The translations under genes were made by a program, and so were the position numbers. The notes beneath the pieces were generated by a model, which saw nothing but the letters and a program-made list of their open reading frames with translations, made no database searches and was not told where the DNA came from. Positions 20,157-29,525 of a stretch of 64,000 bases of DNA are shown here, one piece after another. The DNA is from an uncultured Clostridium sp. Its GTDB lineage: Bacteria; Bacillota; Clostridia; TANB77; CAG-508. Numbering within the stretch: the stretch's first letter is position 1; the number at the start of each line of letters is the position of its first letter. The DNA lies in the NCBI GenBank assembly GCA_948469315.1, contig CAOKLQ010000004.1, positions 3,517 through 67,516 on the forward strand, in the 5' to 3' direction.

Positions 20157-20738
20157 ATGAGCGATTTAGAAAAAGTTTTAAAAATTGCGGAAGAGATTGA
20201 GGCAGATCGGATTAAAAAATATGAAAATATTTTGATGAAGTTTATGAGACAACAATCTAAATTTTCCCTTGAAAATTTAGATCCTTGGATTTTAAATGCT
20301 GGTGGAGTTCAATACACACTAGATGATCTTAAGTGTTCATATCTTGCTAAAGAAGACTTAAAACAAGCAGCAAAAAATTTAGGATTTGATTTTTGCTTTT
20401 CTGATGCAATTACATTTCTTATTAGTCTTTCTGATACTGAAATTTCAACTCCTGCAAAACAGTTTTTTGATAACTATAAAATAGCATTTACTAATGAAAG
20501 AGCAAGAATTGAAGGTCTAACACAAGAATATTACAATACTTTAATGTCTAATATTGCTAGTAAAAAGGATATTAAGGTGATAAAAAAATCAAAATCTTTT
20601 CACATAAAAGTAAAATTGCCTAGACCTAGCAAAAACAGTAGCTTTTATATGTGTATTGACAATCACATGGAAACTAAAGGATTTAAAGATGTTCATTTGT
20701 CAAATACATCTTGCTCCTTTGAAGTTCCTATTAAGTAA
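20157..20738 (+). CDS. Hypothetical protein
   Basis: 193-aa ORF with strong SD AAAGGAGG and a terminator hairpin at 20756-20802. One in-frame CGG (20208). Confidence 0.55.
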   Translation: MSDLEKVLKIAEEIEADRIKKYENILMKFMRQQSKFSLENLDPWILNAGGVQYTLDDLKCSYLAKEDLKQAAKNLGFDFCFSDAITFLISLSDTEISTPAKQFFDNYKIAFTNERARIEGLTQEYYNTLMSNIASKKDIKVIKKSKSFHIKVKLPRPSKNSSFYMCIDNHMETKGFKDVHLSNTSCSFEVPIK

Positions 20739-21073
20739 AAAAATTATATGTTCACAAAAAGACCTAAGAGTTTTGAAACTCTTAGGCCTTTTTTATATAT
20801 CTAGTTACAATTCACAGTTGTTAAAATACAATATTATTAAATATGTATTGTAGGGTCCATTATCAATCCCCGTTCTTCTAAAGATTTGCCAAAAAATATA
20901 ATATTAATATTTCTTCAATATAATTTTTTATATATTGCTTTTTGGGCTGTAAATTGTAACTATATGTAATGAAAAATGTCGAATATTGTTTATTTTTAAT
21001 TGACATAGATAATAAAATAATTTATACTTATATAGTAAATTGCAAATTGTAAAATATTAGGAGGTAATTAATA

Positions 21074-21370
21074 ATGCAAAAAAGTAAAGAACTTTCTTTT
21101 TTACTAACCTTTGAGTTTAATGATAGTTACCGTGTAAATCGGCATGGTACATGTAAAGCAAAAGTAGAAGTTAAACTTGCTTATGAATCACTAATATTAT
21201 GGCAAGGCACAGCTATGTGCAAGATTACTAAAAATGGAGAAATATCTTGGGATTTTCCAGATGAATGCCCTTTTCTTCTAGTTATTAAAACAAATGTTAA
21301 AACTTTATATACTGATGAAAGTATAAAGGAAATTTTTAACAAAATGAAGAAAAGAAAAGGTATAAATTAA
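21074..21370 (+). CDS. Hypothetical protein
   Basis: 98-aa ORF with SD TTAGGAGG and a bidirectional terminator at 21389-21426. One in-frame CGG (21140). Confidence 0.5.
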   Translation: MQKSKELSFLLTFEFNDSYRVNRHGTCKAKVEVKLAYESLILWQGTAMCKITKNGEISWDFPDECPFLLVIKTNVKTLYTDESIKEIFNKMKKRKGIN

Positions 21371-21423
21371 AATATTATTATATTACCAAAAAAAGAGGCA
21401 ACTTTTTAAAGTTTGCCTCCTTT

Positions 21424-22098
21424 TTATATTACATATAATAACACACATAAAAAATGCAACAAATTTGCAAAAAATATGCAAAGATGGAATATTGAGTGGG
21501 TATACTTATATTTTTTCCCTAAACCATAAAATATAGCACCTATTGTATATATTATTCCTCCTGCAACTAATAAGATAACTCCATTAATTCCAAGTAGTTT
21601 TGGTAGTATATTTATCTTTATTATAATACACCAACCCATTACTAAATAACATATCATTGAAAATATTTTATATCTTTTTAAATCTATTGCATTTAATGTA
21701 ATTCCAAGTGCTGCAAATCCCCATATTACCCCAAATATAGTCCATCCAAGTGCTGGATTATATTGCCTTAGAGTGCATAGTGCAAATGGTGTGTATGATC
21801 CTGCAATTAATATAAATATTGCACAATGATCTAATATCTGAAATACTTTTTTTGCTGTTGTATTGGATCTTAATCCATGATATATACTTGATGCTAAGTA
21901 TAATAAAATCATTGAAATGCCAAATATTATTCCGCAAATTACGCCATATGGATTATGCCTAATTCCTCCAAATACACTGCATAATACTATTACAACAATC
22001 CCAAGTACTCCTCCTACTATATGTGATACCATGTTAAATATTTCTTCTCCTTTTGTGTATGTAGGAAGCTCTCTTTGCGATAATTTTGTTCTTGTCAT
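21424..22098 (-). CDS. Hemolysin III / PAQR family membrane protein
   Basis: 224-aa ORF with seven hydrophobic segments and family blocks HIVGGVLG and DHCAIFILIAGSYTPF. Confidence 0.85.
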   Translation of the reverse strand: MTRTKLSQRELPTYTKGEEIFNMVSHIVGGVLGIVVIVLCSVFGGIRHNPYGVICGIIFGISMILLYLASSIYHGLRSNTTAKKVFQILDHCAIFILIAGSYTPFALCTLRQYNPALGWTIFGVIWGFAALGITLNAIDLKRYKIFSMICYLVMGWCIIIKINILPKLLGINGVILLVAGGIIYTIGAIFYGLGKKYKYTHSIFHLCIFFANLLHFLCVLLYVI

Positions 22099-22183
22099 TT
22101 TTCCTCCTTTTTTTATACAAGGTCTCTATCTTTACCTTTTTATAACATATAAAAATTATTCTTTATCCAATTTCTATTATTTT

Positions 22184-22369
22184 AAAAGGCCAAGGGCTCT
22201 GCCCTTACCTTTTTATCCCATCCCGCTTAAGAACCTAAAGGTTCTTAAAAATTTTCAAAAGGGTTATTTATAAATTTTAGATTTTCTCTTGCTCGCTCCT
22301 CCCCTATGGCATTGTAACAAGCTTCGCTTTAACAATGCTCATTGGTCACCCACAAACAGCTCGCAAGTT
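22184..22369 (+). repeat. Family A repeat copy 4 (diverged centre)
   Basis: Same ends as copies 2 and 3. The central hairpin changes to CTTAAGAACC-TAAA-GGTTCTTAA, so pairing is preserved. Confidence 0.85.
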
Positions 22370-22429
22370 TTAGTTAATATGTGTAAATTAATTTATATAA
22401 AATTTTGTGTTTTTATTATATAATAATCT

Positions 22430-22870
22430 TTAATTAAGAATTTCTTTTACTACTTCATTTATTGTTTTTCCGTCTGCTGCTGTTCCTATTTGAGCTTTTG
22501 CTTCTTTCATTACTGGTCCCATATCTTTTATTGATGTTGCACCTATTTTTTGTATTATTTCTTTTATTTTACTTGTTAATTCTTCTTTAGTTAGTTGTTT
22601 TGGTAAGTATTCTTCTAATATTGCAATTTCTTCTTGTGCTTGTTTTATTAAGTCTTCCCTATCAGCTTTTTTAAATTCTTCTAAAGAGTCTTTTCTTGTT
22701 TTTACTTCTTTTGCTATTATTTCTAATATTTTACCATCTTCTACTTGCAAACCTTTATCTTTTTCAAATTGTAAAATTGCAGCCCTTACCATTTGTATTA
22801 CATTTTTTCTTATTGTGTTTTTTTCTTTCATTGAATTTTTTAAATCTTCTAGTAATTTTTCTTTTAGCAT
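22430..22870 (-). CDS. yqeY: GatB/YqeY domain protein
   Basis: 146-aa ORF with the typical MLKEKLLEDLKNSMKEKN...IRMVRAAI start. Confidence 0.8.
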   Translation of the reverse strand: MLKEKLLEDLKNSMKEKNTIRKNVIQMVRAAILQFEKDKGLQVEDGKILEIIAKEVKTRKDSLEEFKKADREDLIKQAQEEIAILEEYLPKQLTKEELTSKIKEIIQKIGATSIKDMGPVMKEAKAQIGTAADGKTINEVVKEILN

Positions 22871-22906
22871 TTTATCATCTCCTATTTTGTTTTTTATATT
22901 ATACTC

Positions 22907-23941
22907 TTATTGTTTTATTTTTTCCATCTTTCTTTCAAAAAATTTCACAATTTCTATTATTGGTACTATTAAAAATGCTAAGCTAAATGCTATTGCAAGT
23001 TCTTTTATACTTATACTTGTAAATCCAAATATTTTTACAAAAAATGGTATATATATTACTCCTAGTGTTGTTATTGTTGTTCCTATGAATGCCCATAACA
23101 TCCACCAGTTTATGTTTTTTAGTTTAAATACTGAACCTCTTTGTGACCTCATACATACTGCATGGAACATTTCTATAAAGTTCATTGTTAAAAATGCCAT
23201 GCTCATTCCATCTGCTGATTCAAATATTCCAAAATGTCCAAGCTCTACATGTTGACCTATAAAGAAAGATATTACTACTAATATTGCCATAACTATACCT
23301 TGCCACATCATATCAAATCCAGCTCCATTTGAAAATACACTTTCATTTGATGCTCTTGGTCTTCTTTTCATTATATCCCCTTCTGCTTTTTCTACTCCTA
23401 AAGATAAACCTGGGGCACTGTCTGTTATCATGTTTATCCAAAGTAGATGTGCAGGTGCAAGCATTGTTACTCCAAATAAAGATGCTGTAAATATTGTAAT
23501 TACTTCTGCCATATTTGTAGATAGTTGAAATTGCAATAACTTTCTTACATTATCATATATTTTTCTTCCTTCCTCTATTGCTGTTACTATTGTTGCAAAA
23601 TTATCATCTGCAAGTACTATATCTGATACACCTTTTGTTACATCTGTACCAGTTATTCCCATACTTATTCCAACATCTGCAGCCTTTATTGATGGACTAT
23701 CATTTACTCCATCTCCAGTCATTGCTGTTATAAATCCAAGCTTTTTTAATATTTTTACTATTTTTGTTTTATGCTCTGGTTGCACTCTTGCATATACAGA
23801 GCATTTTTTTACTGTCTCTATTAGTTCATCATCACTTAAATTCTCTATCTCTTTTCCTGTAATTGCCTCATCTGAATTAGTTATTATTTTTAAATTTTTT
23901 GCTATTGCAACTGCTGTATCTTTATGGTCTCCTGTTATCAT
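22907..23941 (-). CDS. C-terminal part of a P2-type (Ca2+/Mg2+-type) cation ATPase; joined to 23922..25553 by a +1 shift at CGG 23982-23984
   Basis: Contains MITGDHKDTAVAIA and TGDGVNDSPSIKAADVGISMG. Skipping a C in TAT-CGG-G gives DPCREEVYGAIEKCKQASIRPIMITGDHKD. Confidence 0.85.
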   Translation of the reverse strand: MITGDHKDTAVAIAKNLKIITNSDEAITGKEIENLSDDELIETVKKCSVYARVQPEHKTKIVKILKKLGFITAMTGDGVNDSPSIKAADVGISMGITGTDVTKGVSDIVLADDNFATIVTAIEEGRKIYDNVRKLLQFQLSTNMAEVITIFTASLFGVTMLAPAHLLWINMITDSAPGLSLGVEKAEGDIMKRRPRASNESVFSNGAGFDMMWQGIVMAILVVISFFIGQHVELGHFGIFESADGMSMAFLTMNFIEMFHAVCMRSQRGSVFKLKNINWWMLWAFIGTTITTLGVIYIPFFVKIFGFTSISIKELAIAFSLAFLIVPIIEIVKFFERKMEKIKQ

Positions 23942-25553
23942 TATTGGTCTTATGCTTGCTTGTTTGCATTTTTCTATTGCCCCGATATACTTCTTCTCTA
24001 CACGGATCTATCATTCCTACAAATCCTATAAATATCAAATTATTTTCTAATTCATCTGCTTCATATTTTGTAGGTTTTTGCTCATATTCTTTATAACTAC
24101 AAGCTAAAACTCTTAAAGCTTTATTTGCATATTCTTTGTTATTTTTAATAATTTCATCTTTTATTTTCTGTGTCATTGGTACAACTTTTCCATCTTGCAA
24201 GTATGATGTACATTTATTTACTAAAATTTCACATGCACCTTTTGTATATTGGATTATTTTTCCATCTTCTTCATGAATTGTAGACATTAATTTTCTTTGC
24301 GAATCAAAAGGTATTTCTCCTATACGTGGAAATTTTTTATCTAATTCATATTTTGGCAGTCCTTGTTTTTTTGCATATTCAACTAAAGCATTTTCTGTTG
24401 GCTCACCTTTTGCTGCTTCTTCATTTGGTTCTATTTTAGAATCTGAACACAAAGCCATCGCTTTTGCTAAAAGTTCTTTGTTTGTAGTATACTCTTCTAC
24501 TACAGTCATTTTATTTTGAGTAAGAGTACCTGTTTTATCTGAACATATAATTTGTACTGAACCTAATGTTTCTACTGCATTTAATTTTCTTATTAATGCA
24601 TTTTTCTTTGCCATGGCAGTTACACCAATTGAAAGTATTATTGTAACTACTGCTGGCAGTCCTTCTGGTATTGCAGCTACCGCTAGTGCAACTGCTGCAA
24701 GAGTTGTATCTATTATTAGTCCTCCTGTTATATTTCCATGTCTTAATAAACTCACCACAAAAACTAATATACTTATTCCAATCACTATTTTAGTAAGAGT
24801 TTTTGAAAGCTCAGCCATTTTTCTTTGCAAAGGTGTTATTTCCTTTTGTGCTTCTTCTAAACTTTTAGCTATTTTTCCTATTTGTGTATTCATTCCAATC
24901 TGGGTTACAACTGCTCGTCCTCTGCCATAACTTATGGTACTTCCACTATATACCATATTTTTTCTATCTGCTAGTGGAATTTCTTTTTCATCTTGTTTAA
25001 GATTTAATATATTTATAATTTTGCTTACTGAAGTAGATTCTCCCGTAAGTGCTGCTTCTTCTACTTTTAAGCTATTACTTTCAATAACTCTTGCATCTGC
25101 TGGAACTAAATCTCCTGCTTCTAAAATAATTATATCTCCTACAACTACATCTTCACTTTTTATAATTTCTAATTTTCCATCTCTTAATACCTTTGACATA
25201 GATGCTGTCATTTCTTTTAGTGAATCTATTGCTTTTTCGGCTTTTGCTTCTTGTATTAATCCCATTATTGTATTAATTATTACTACAACTAATATTATAA
25301 AAACATCTGTATAAGGTTCATTTTGCATTTTAGCTGCAAATGCAGAAATTCCTGCTGTTACAAGTAACATTATTATCATAGGATCTAAAATTGATTTAAT
25401 TATTTTACTAAAAATACTTTCCTTTTTTGCTTCACTTAATTTATTTTTTCCTTCTTCTTGTTGCCTTTTAATTGCCTGTTTATTACTTAATCCTTCATAA
25501 TTTGAATTCACCTTTTTTAAAACACTATCTATTTCTTCTAAATAATATTTCAT
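23922..25553 (-). CDS. N-terminal part of the P2-type cation-transporting ATPase
   Basis: Contains TGES, CSDKTGTLTQN and the A/P/N domain order. Start taken at ATG 25553 (MKYYLEE), which follows GGAGGG. Confidence 0.85.
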   Translation of the reverse strand: MKYYLEEIDSVLKKVNSNYEGLSNKQAIKRQQEEGKNKLSEAKKESIFSKIIKSILDPMIIMLLVTAGISAFAAKMQNEPYTDVFIILVVVIINTIMGLIQEAKAEKAIDSLKEMTASMSKVLRDGKLEIIKSEDVVVGDIIILEAGDLVPADARVIESNSLKVEEAALTGESTSVSKIINILNLKQDEKEIPLADRKNMVYSGSTISYGRGRAVVTQIGMNTQIGKIAKSLEEAQKEITPLQRKMAELSKTLTKIVIGISILVFVVSLLRHGNITGGLIIDTTLAAVALAVAAIPEGLPAVVTIILSIGVTAMAKKNALIRKLNAVETLGSVQIICSDKTGTLTQNKMTVVEEYTTNKELLAKAMALCSDSKIEPNEEAAKGEPTENALVEYAKKQGLPKYELDKKFPRIGEIPFDSQRKLMSTIHEEDGKIIQYTKGACEILVNKCTSYLQDGKVVPMTQKIKDEIIKNNKEYANKALRVLACSYKEYEQKPTKYEADELENNLIFIGFVGMIDPCREEVYRGNRKMQTSKHKTNNDNRRP

Positions 25554-25668
25554 AATCCCTCCTAATATTTTCTTTAGTATTTCCAAAATTTAGATAAATA
25601 TAATGTTAAAAAATACATTAAATATATTATTTTAATATATATTTACTAGTTCTTCTAACTTCTAATAT

Positions 25669-26292
25669 CTAACTAATAAAATTAGTCTTTATTTTTGGTT
25701 CATACTTTGGTTTTTCTATCCCATTTTGTTTTGCATTTTCTATACATTTTAACATATATTCCATATTTTTTGCAAGATTTCTCATTGTCTGCAATCCCTC
25801 TTCATCTTGAAGAGCCTCTTTCGGGCAAGTACCATGGATCTGATTCCAATATGAACTTCCAACTATGTACATATTACTCATTAATGCATACTTATTTATC
25901 TGATCAAATGCTGCTGTTGCTCCTCCTCTTCTACAACTTACAACACTGCTACATACTTTTCCTGCAAAAAGATTTCCTCTTCCATAAAAAACTCTATCTA
26001 AAAAAGATGTTAAAGCTCCACTTGCTGCTGCAAAATGAACTGGGCTTCCAAATATAAATCCATCTGCATATTCTACTTTATCTAAAAATTCATTTACTTT
26101 ATCATTTATAAAACATCTATTATTTGTTTTTAGGCATTTGTTACAACCTATACATCCAGATATAGGTTGTATCCCAAGCCAAAAAAACTCAGTTTCTATA
26201 TTACTATTTTTAAGCTGACTCTCAATTTCTTTTAAAGCTATATTCGTGCACCCCTCTTTATGTGGTGATCCATTTACTAATAAAACTTTCAT
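25669..26292 (-). CDS. Flavodoxin-like fold NAD(P)H-dependent FMN reductase / iron-sulfur flavoprotein
   Basis: 207-aa ORF with MKVLLVNGSPHKEGCT and a Cys cluster CIGCNKC. Confidence 0.7.
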   Translation of the reverse strand: MKVLLVNGSPHKEGCTNIALKEIESQLKNSNIETEFFWLGIQPISGCIGCNKCLKTNNRCFINDKVNEFLDKVEYADGFIFGSPVHFAAASGALTSFLDRVFYGRGNLFAGKVCSSVVSCRRGGATAAFDQINKYALMSNMYIVGSSYWNQIHGTCPKEALQDEEGLQTMRNLAKNMEYMLKCIENAKQNGIEKPKYEPKIKTNFIS

Positions 26293-26444
26293 TATACTTC
26301 CTCCTCAAATAAAAAATTCATATCTATTAATCTGTATTAATTCATATCTTATTTTATGCTATTTAACTTTTTAATTATTTTTATAGCTTTTTTTAATATA
26401 ATGTATTATAATATTGAATTATATTTTTATTAGGAGGTAATTTA

Positions 26445-27116
26445 ATGCATTTTTTTTCTAATATGTCATATATATTTTGGCTTGAAGCTATTTTACGTTT
26501 ATTATTAGGATTTATTCTAAGCGGAGTAATTGGTTTAGAAAGAAACTCTTGGAATAAACCTGCTGGTTTTAGAACTCATGCATTAGTTGGAATTAGTGCT
26601 GTTTTAATTATGCTGTGTGGCGAATATATGTCTAACAAATATGATATGGATCCTTCTAGAATACCTGCACAATTATTATCTGGTATAGGATTTATAGGAG
26701 CTGGAACAATTTTAAGAGATGGTTTTAATGTAAAAGGTCTAACAACTGCTGCAAGCCTTCTTGTTGTTACATGTATAGGATTAAGTATCGGTTCTGGATT
26801 TTACTTTGGCGGAATTGCTACAACAGTTATTTCTTATTTAGTTCTTTCTTATTCTTATTTATTAACAGATAATTTAGACCATTTTAATACAATGGATATA
26901 GAAGTTACAATCAAAGAAAATAAAACTCAAGCAATTAAAGAAATTGAAAATATATTAAATGATAATAATATTTCCATAAAAAAAATACATACTAAAGAAT
27001 CTGATGAAAATAAAATAATTAAAATTATTGGAAAATATAATAATAAAACAAAATTAAATACTATTATTACAGCAATAAGTACTTTAGAATTAGTATTAGA
27101 TATAGAGGAAGTATAA
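26445..27116 (+). CDS. MgtC/SapB family membrane protein
   Basis: 223-aa ORF with GLERNSWNKPAGFRTHALVG and several hydrophobic helices. Confidence 0.85.
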   Translation: MHFFSNMSYIFWLEAILRLLLGFILSGVIGLERNSWNKPAGFRTHALVGISAVLIMLCGEYMSNKYDMDPSRIPAQLLSGIGFIGAGTILRDGFNVKGLTTAASLLVVTCIGLSIGSGFYFGGIATTVISYLVLSYSYLLTDNLDHFNTMDIEVTIKENKTQAIKEIENILNDNNISIKKIHTKESDENKIIKIIGKYNNKTKLNTIITAISTLELVLDIEEV

Positions 27117-27184
27117 AATCCCTCTTTATTTTATTAGATTATTAAATTCATTGTTCATATAAAGATTGGCATTATTTTATAAAA

Positions 27185-27226
27185 AGTTAAGCAGAGCAAC
27201 ACTTCAACTGTTGCTCTGCTTAACTT
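27185..27226. terminator. Bidirectional rho-independent terminator
   Basis: Hairpin AGTTAAGCAGAGCAAC-loop-GTTGCTCTGCTTAACT with an A run on one side and a T run on the other. It lies between convergent genes. Confidence 0.75.
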
Positions 27227-27238
27227 TTTATCCTTCTT

Positions 27239-27877
27239 TTATTTTAAATATTGCGTTACAAGGGATTTCATACGATCTTCTTTTTGCTCAGAATTGTATT
27301 GCATACAATTCCAAATACTATTTGCTGTGTCTTGTCCATATCTTATTATTAATAATTCCTTTAAGTATTTTCTTGATTTATTATTAAGAAATGTTTGTAA
27401 GTTAAGACGACTATTAAGAGTACCCTTAGAATAAGTCATTATAGCTATAAGATATACATATTCATTTAAATATTCTGCCTTAATTTCTTCTGGTAACAAA
27501 AATGGCTGATAACCGTCGTAGCAAATTGTTTCACATGAATAAGTAAAAAATTCCATATCAAAATAAAATGTCTTATCTAAATATTCTCTTTCTTTATTAG
27601 CTTTTTTAAACTTTTTAGATAAATAATCTTCTTTTTCATAAAGTTTTCTAGAGATATCTTGTAATGCTACTTTAATATCTTCAGATAAACTAATTGTTAG
27701 TACTCCTTCAACATTTCTTTTATTCTCTTTTGTAGTTTTTAATTCTTCTCGAACATCTTCTGCCTCTTTACTAATCTGGTAAAATCTCTTTCTTCTTTGC
27801 AATGTCTGTTGAATCATCGGTAGAATTTTATTTAATTCATCCATCCGTGCCTTTCTTACATACTCATTAAAGTTCAT
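27239..27877 (-). CDS. Hypothetical protein
   Basis: 212-aa ORF with SD AAAGGAGG. No motif recognised. In-frame CGG at 27845-27847. Confidence 0.55.
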   Translation of the reverse strand: MNFNEYVRKARMDELNKILPMIQQTLQRRKRFYQISKEAEDVREELKTTKENKRNVEGVLTISLSEDIKVALQDISRKLYEKEDYLSKKFKKANKEREYLDKTFYFDMEFFTYSCETICYDGYQPFLLPEEIKAEYLNEYVYLIAIMTYSKGTLNSRLNLQTFLNNKSRKYLKELLIIRYGQDTANSIWNCMQYNSEQKEDRMKSLVTQYLK

Positions 27878-28029
27878 AATATACCTCCTTTTGATTTAAT
27901 TAAATCTCTTGTTTATGTTACAAACCTTCTTGGGTTTATGTTGACTATTATATAACTATTTATAATTATTGTCAACCATTTATATCTTAATCTTATATCT
28001 AAATAACTTTTATTATTATCTTTAATTTT

Positions 28030-28164
28030 CTACTTTTTCTTTGTTATTTTAGATAATTCCTCTGCTTTTTGTTTTTGCTTTTCTGGGGAAATCCATGCAA
28101 AATATGTAGATACAAACTCTCCATATTTGCTTACATCTTCTATTTGCTCTTTTTTCTTTTTCAT
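28030..28164 (-). CDS. Possible small basic protein (44 aa)
   Basis: Below the track cutoff. SD AGGAGGC precedes ATG 28164. Translation is MKKKKEQIEDVSKYGEFVSTYFAWISPEKQKQKAEELSKITKKK. Confidence 0.3.
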   Translation of the reverse strand: MKKKKEQIEDVSKYGEFVSTYFAWISPEKQKQKAEELSKITKKK

Positions 28165-28256
28165 AAAAAAATGCCTCCTAACATTATTGTTATGTGCATT
28201 TTTTACTTTTTTATTCTATTTATTTCGTAAAAAGCATTGGTTTGTAATATCAATTT

Positions 28257-28283
28257 CAGGACGTAGCACGCTACGCCCCTACA
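28257..28283 (-). repeat. REP-like GC-rich palindrome with GTAGG head
   Basis: Minus-strand reading is TGTAGGGGCGTAGCGTGCTACGTCCTG. Same stem family as 42167-42194, with paired base changes. Confidence 0.55.
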
Positions 28284-28293
28284 TATATATTTT

Positions 28294-28944
28294 CTACATT
28301 TTTCTAAATACTCCGCCTACTTTTCCTAGTATTTTACAGTCTGGTACTATTATTGGATCCATTGTGTGATTTTCTGGCTGCAAACGTATATGATCTTTTT
28401 CTTTATAAAATGTTTTTACTGTTGCTTCATCATCTATTAATGCTACTACTATTTCTCCATTTCTTGCATCATTTTGTTTTTTTACAAGTATTAAATCTCC
28501 ATCTAATATTCCTGCTTCTATCATACTTTCTCCACGTACTTTTAACATAAATGCTTCACTATTTCCAACAAAATCTAGTGGAATTGGGAATGTGTCTGTT
28601 ACATTTTCTACTGCAAGAATTGGTGCTCCTGCTGTTATTTTTCCTATTACTGGAACTTCTGCAAGTTCTTTATTTGAATAAAAATCTTTAACTGATTTCT
28701 CCTTTTTAGTTCCATCTGCTCCTTTTATTAGTCTTAATGTTCTACCTTTTTGTGATTCTTTTTTTATAAACCCTTTTTTTTCTAATTGTGCTAAATATCC
28801 ATGTACTGTAGCTGTTGAACTTAATCCAACAGATTTTCCTATTTCTCTAACTGATGGTGGATATCCTACTTCTTGTATTTGCTTTTCAATAAATTTAAGT
28901 ATCGCTCTTTCTCTCTTATTTAGCCCATTTGAATCTTTTTTCAT
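28294..28944 (-). CDS. lexA: LexA repressor
   Basis: Winged-helix N-terminus (PSVREIGKSVGLSSTATVHGYL) and S24 peptidase C-terminus (VRGESMIEAGILDGD, VALIDDEATVKTF). Start at ATG 28944. Confidence 0.9.
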   Translation of the reverse strand: MKKDSNGLNKRERAILKFIEKQIQEVGYPPSVREIGKSVGLSSTATVHGYLAQLEKKGFIKKESQKGRTLRLIKGADGTKKEKSVKDFYSNKELAEVPVIGKITAGAPILAVENVTDTFPIPLDFVGNSEAFMLKVRGESMIEAGILDGDLILVKKQNDARNGEIVVALIDDEATVKTFYKEKDHIRLQPENHTMDPIIVPDCKILGKVGGVFRKM

Positions 28945-28970
28945 AAACAAAACCTCCGTTTTTTTTCGAA

Positions 28971-29009
28971 ATTATATCATACAAACATTTTCTTGTCAAA
29001 CATAAGTTT
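28971..29009 (-). promoter_or_regulatory. lexA promoter with overlapping SOS-box-like palindrome
   Basis: Minus strand reads TTGACA-17 nt-TATAAT. AAAC-ATAA-GTTT at 28998-29009 overlaps the -35 and looks like an AT-shifted version of the Firmicute GAAC-N4-GTTC box. Confidence 0.4.
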
Positions 29010-29054
29010 ATATGTTTTATTGTAAAAAGAAAATGGGGCATTTGCCCCATATCT

Positions 29055-29354
29055 TTATTTAAATCTCTTTGTAAAATCATATAACCTTGTTTCAAGATTT
29101 CGTTTTGCTCTTATATTATCTTTTGTCATTTTTAATTCATCACTCATAGAGTAAATAAAGCATAAATTTTGGAAATCATATTCATCTAATATTTCTACTC
29201 TATGGCTTCTTTGCAAAGCATACTCTAAATATTCTATGAGTTTTTTGACCTTTTGTTCATCACTTGTATAAAATCCTACTTTAATTTCTTTTACTATGCT
29301 TTCTAATACTACACCATTCATTTTGTCATCACTCATTTGTTTCATAATGTCCAC
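29055..29354 (-). CDS. Hypothetical protein
   Basis: 99-aa ORF followed by terminator hairpin ATGGGGCA-ttt-GCCCCAT (29033-29050). Confidence 0.5.
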   Translation of the reverse strand: MDIMKQMSDDKMNGVVLESIVKEIKVGFYTSDEQKVKKLIEYLEYALQRSHRVEILDEYDFQNLCFIYSMSDELKMTKDNIRAKRNLETRLYDFTKRFK

Positions 29355-29525
29355 AAAGATACCTCCTTGTTGCTTTTCCTCAAGTTAGAGAAATTTTTAT
29401 TTAAATTCTATAGTTACCTTATTTATATAATAAATCATTTTACATAAAATTTCAAGCATTTTTATTGCTTTTTTTTAACTTTTGTATTAAAATACCTATA
29501 TTATATTTAATTTTGGAGGCATAGT

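Noticed and set aside
13643-22369. CRISPR array formed by the repeated elements
   Set aside because: The repeats are ~186 bp, irregularly spaced by whole genes, and one is inverted. No cas genes are present.
29355-29525. T-box leader upstream of serS
   Set aside because: The spacer is only ~170 nt. It has no specifier-loop/AGAGA-type features, no conserved T-box sequence and no terminator/antiterminator pair that I could find.
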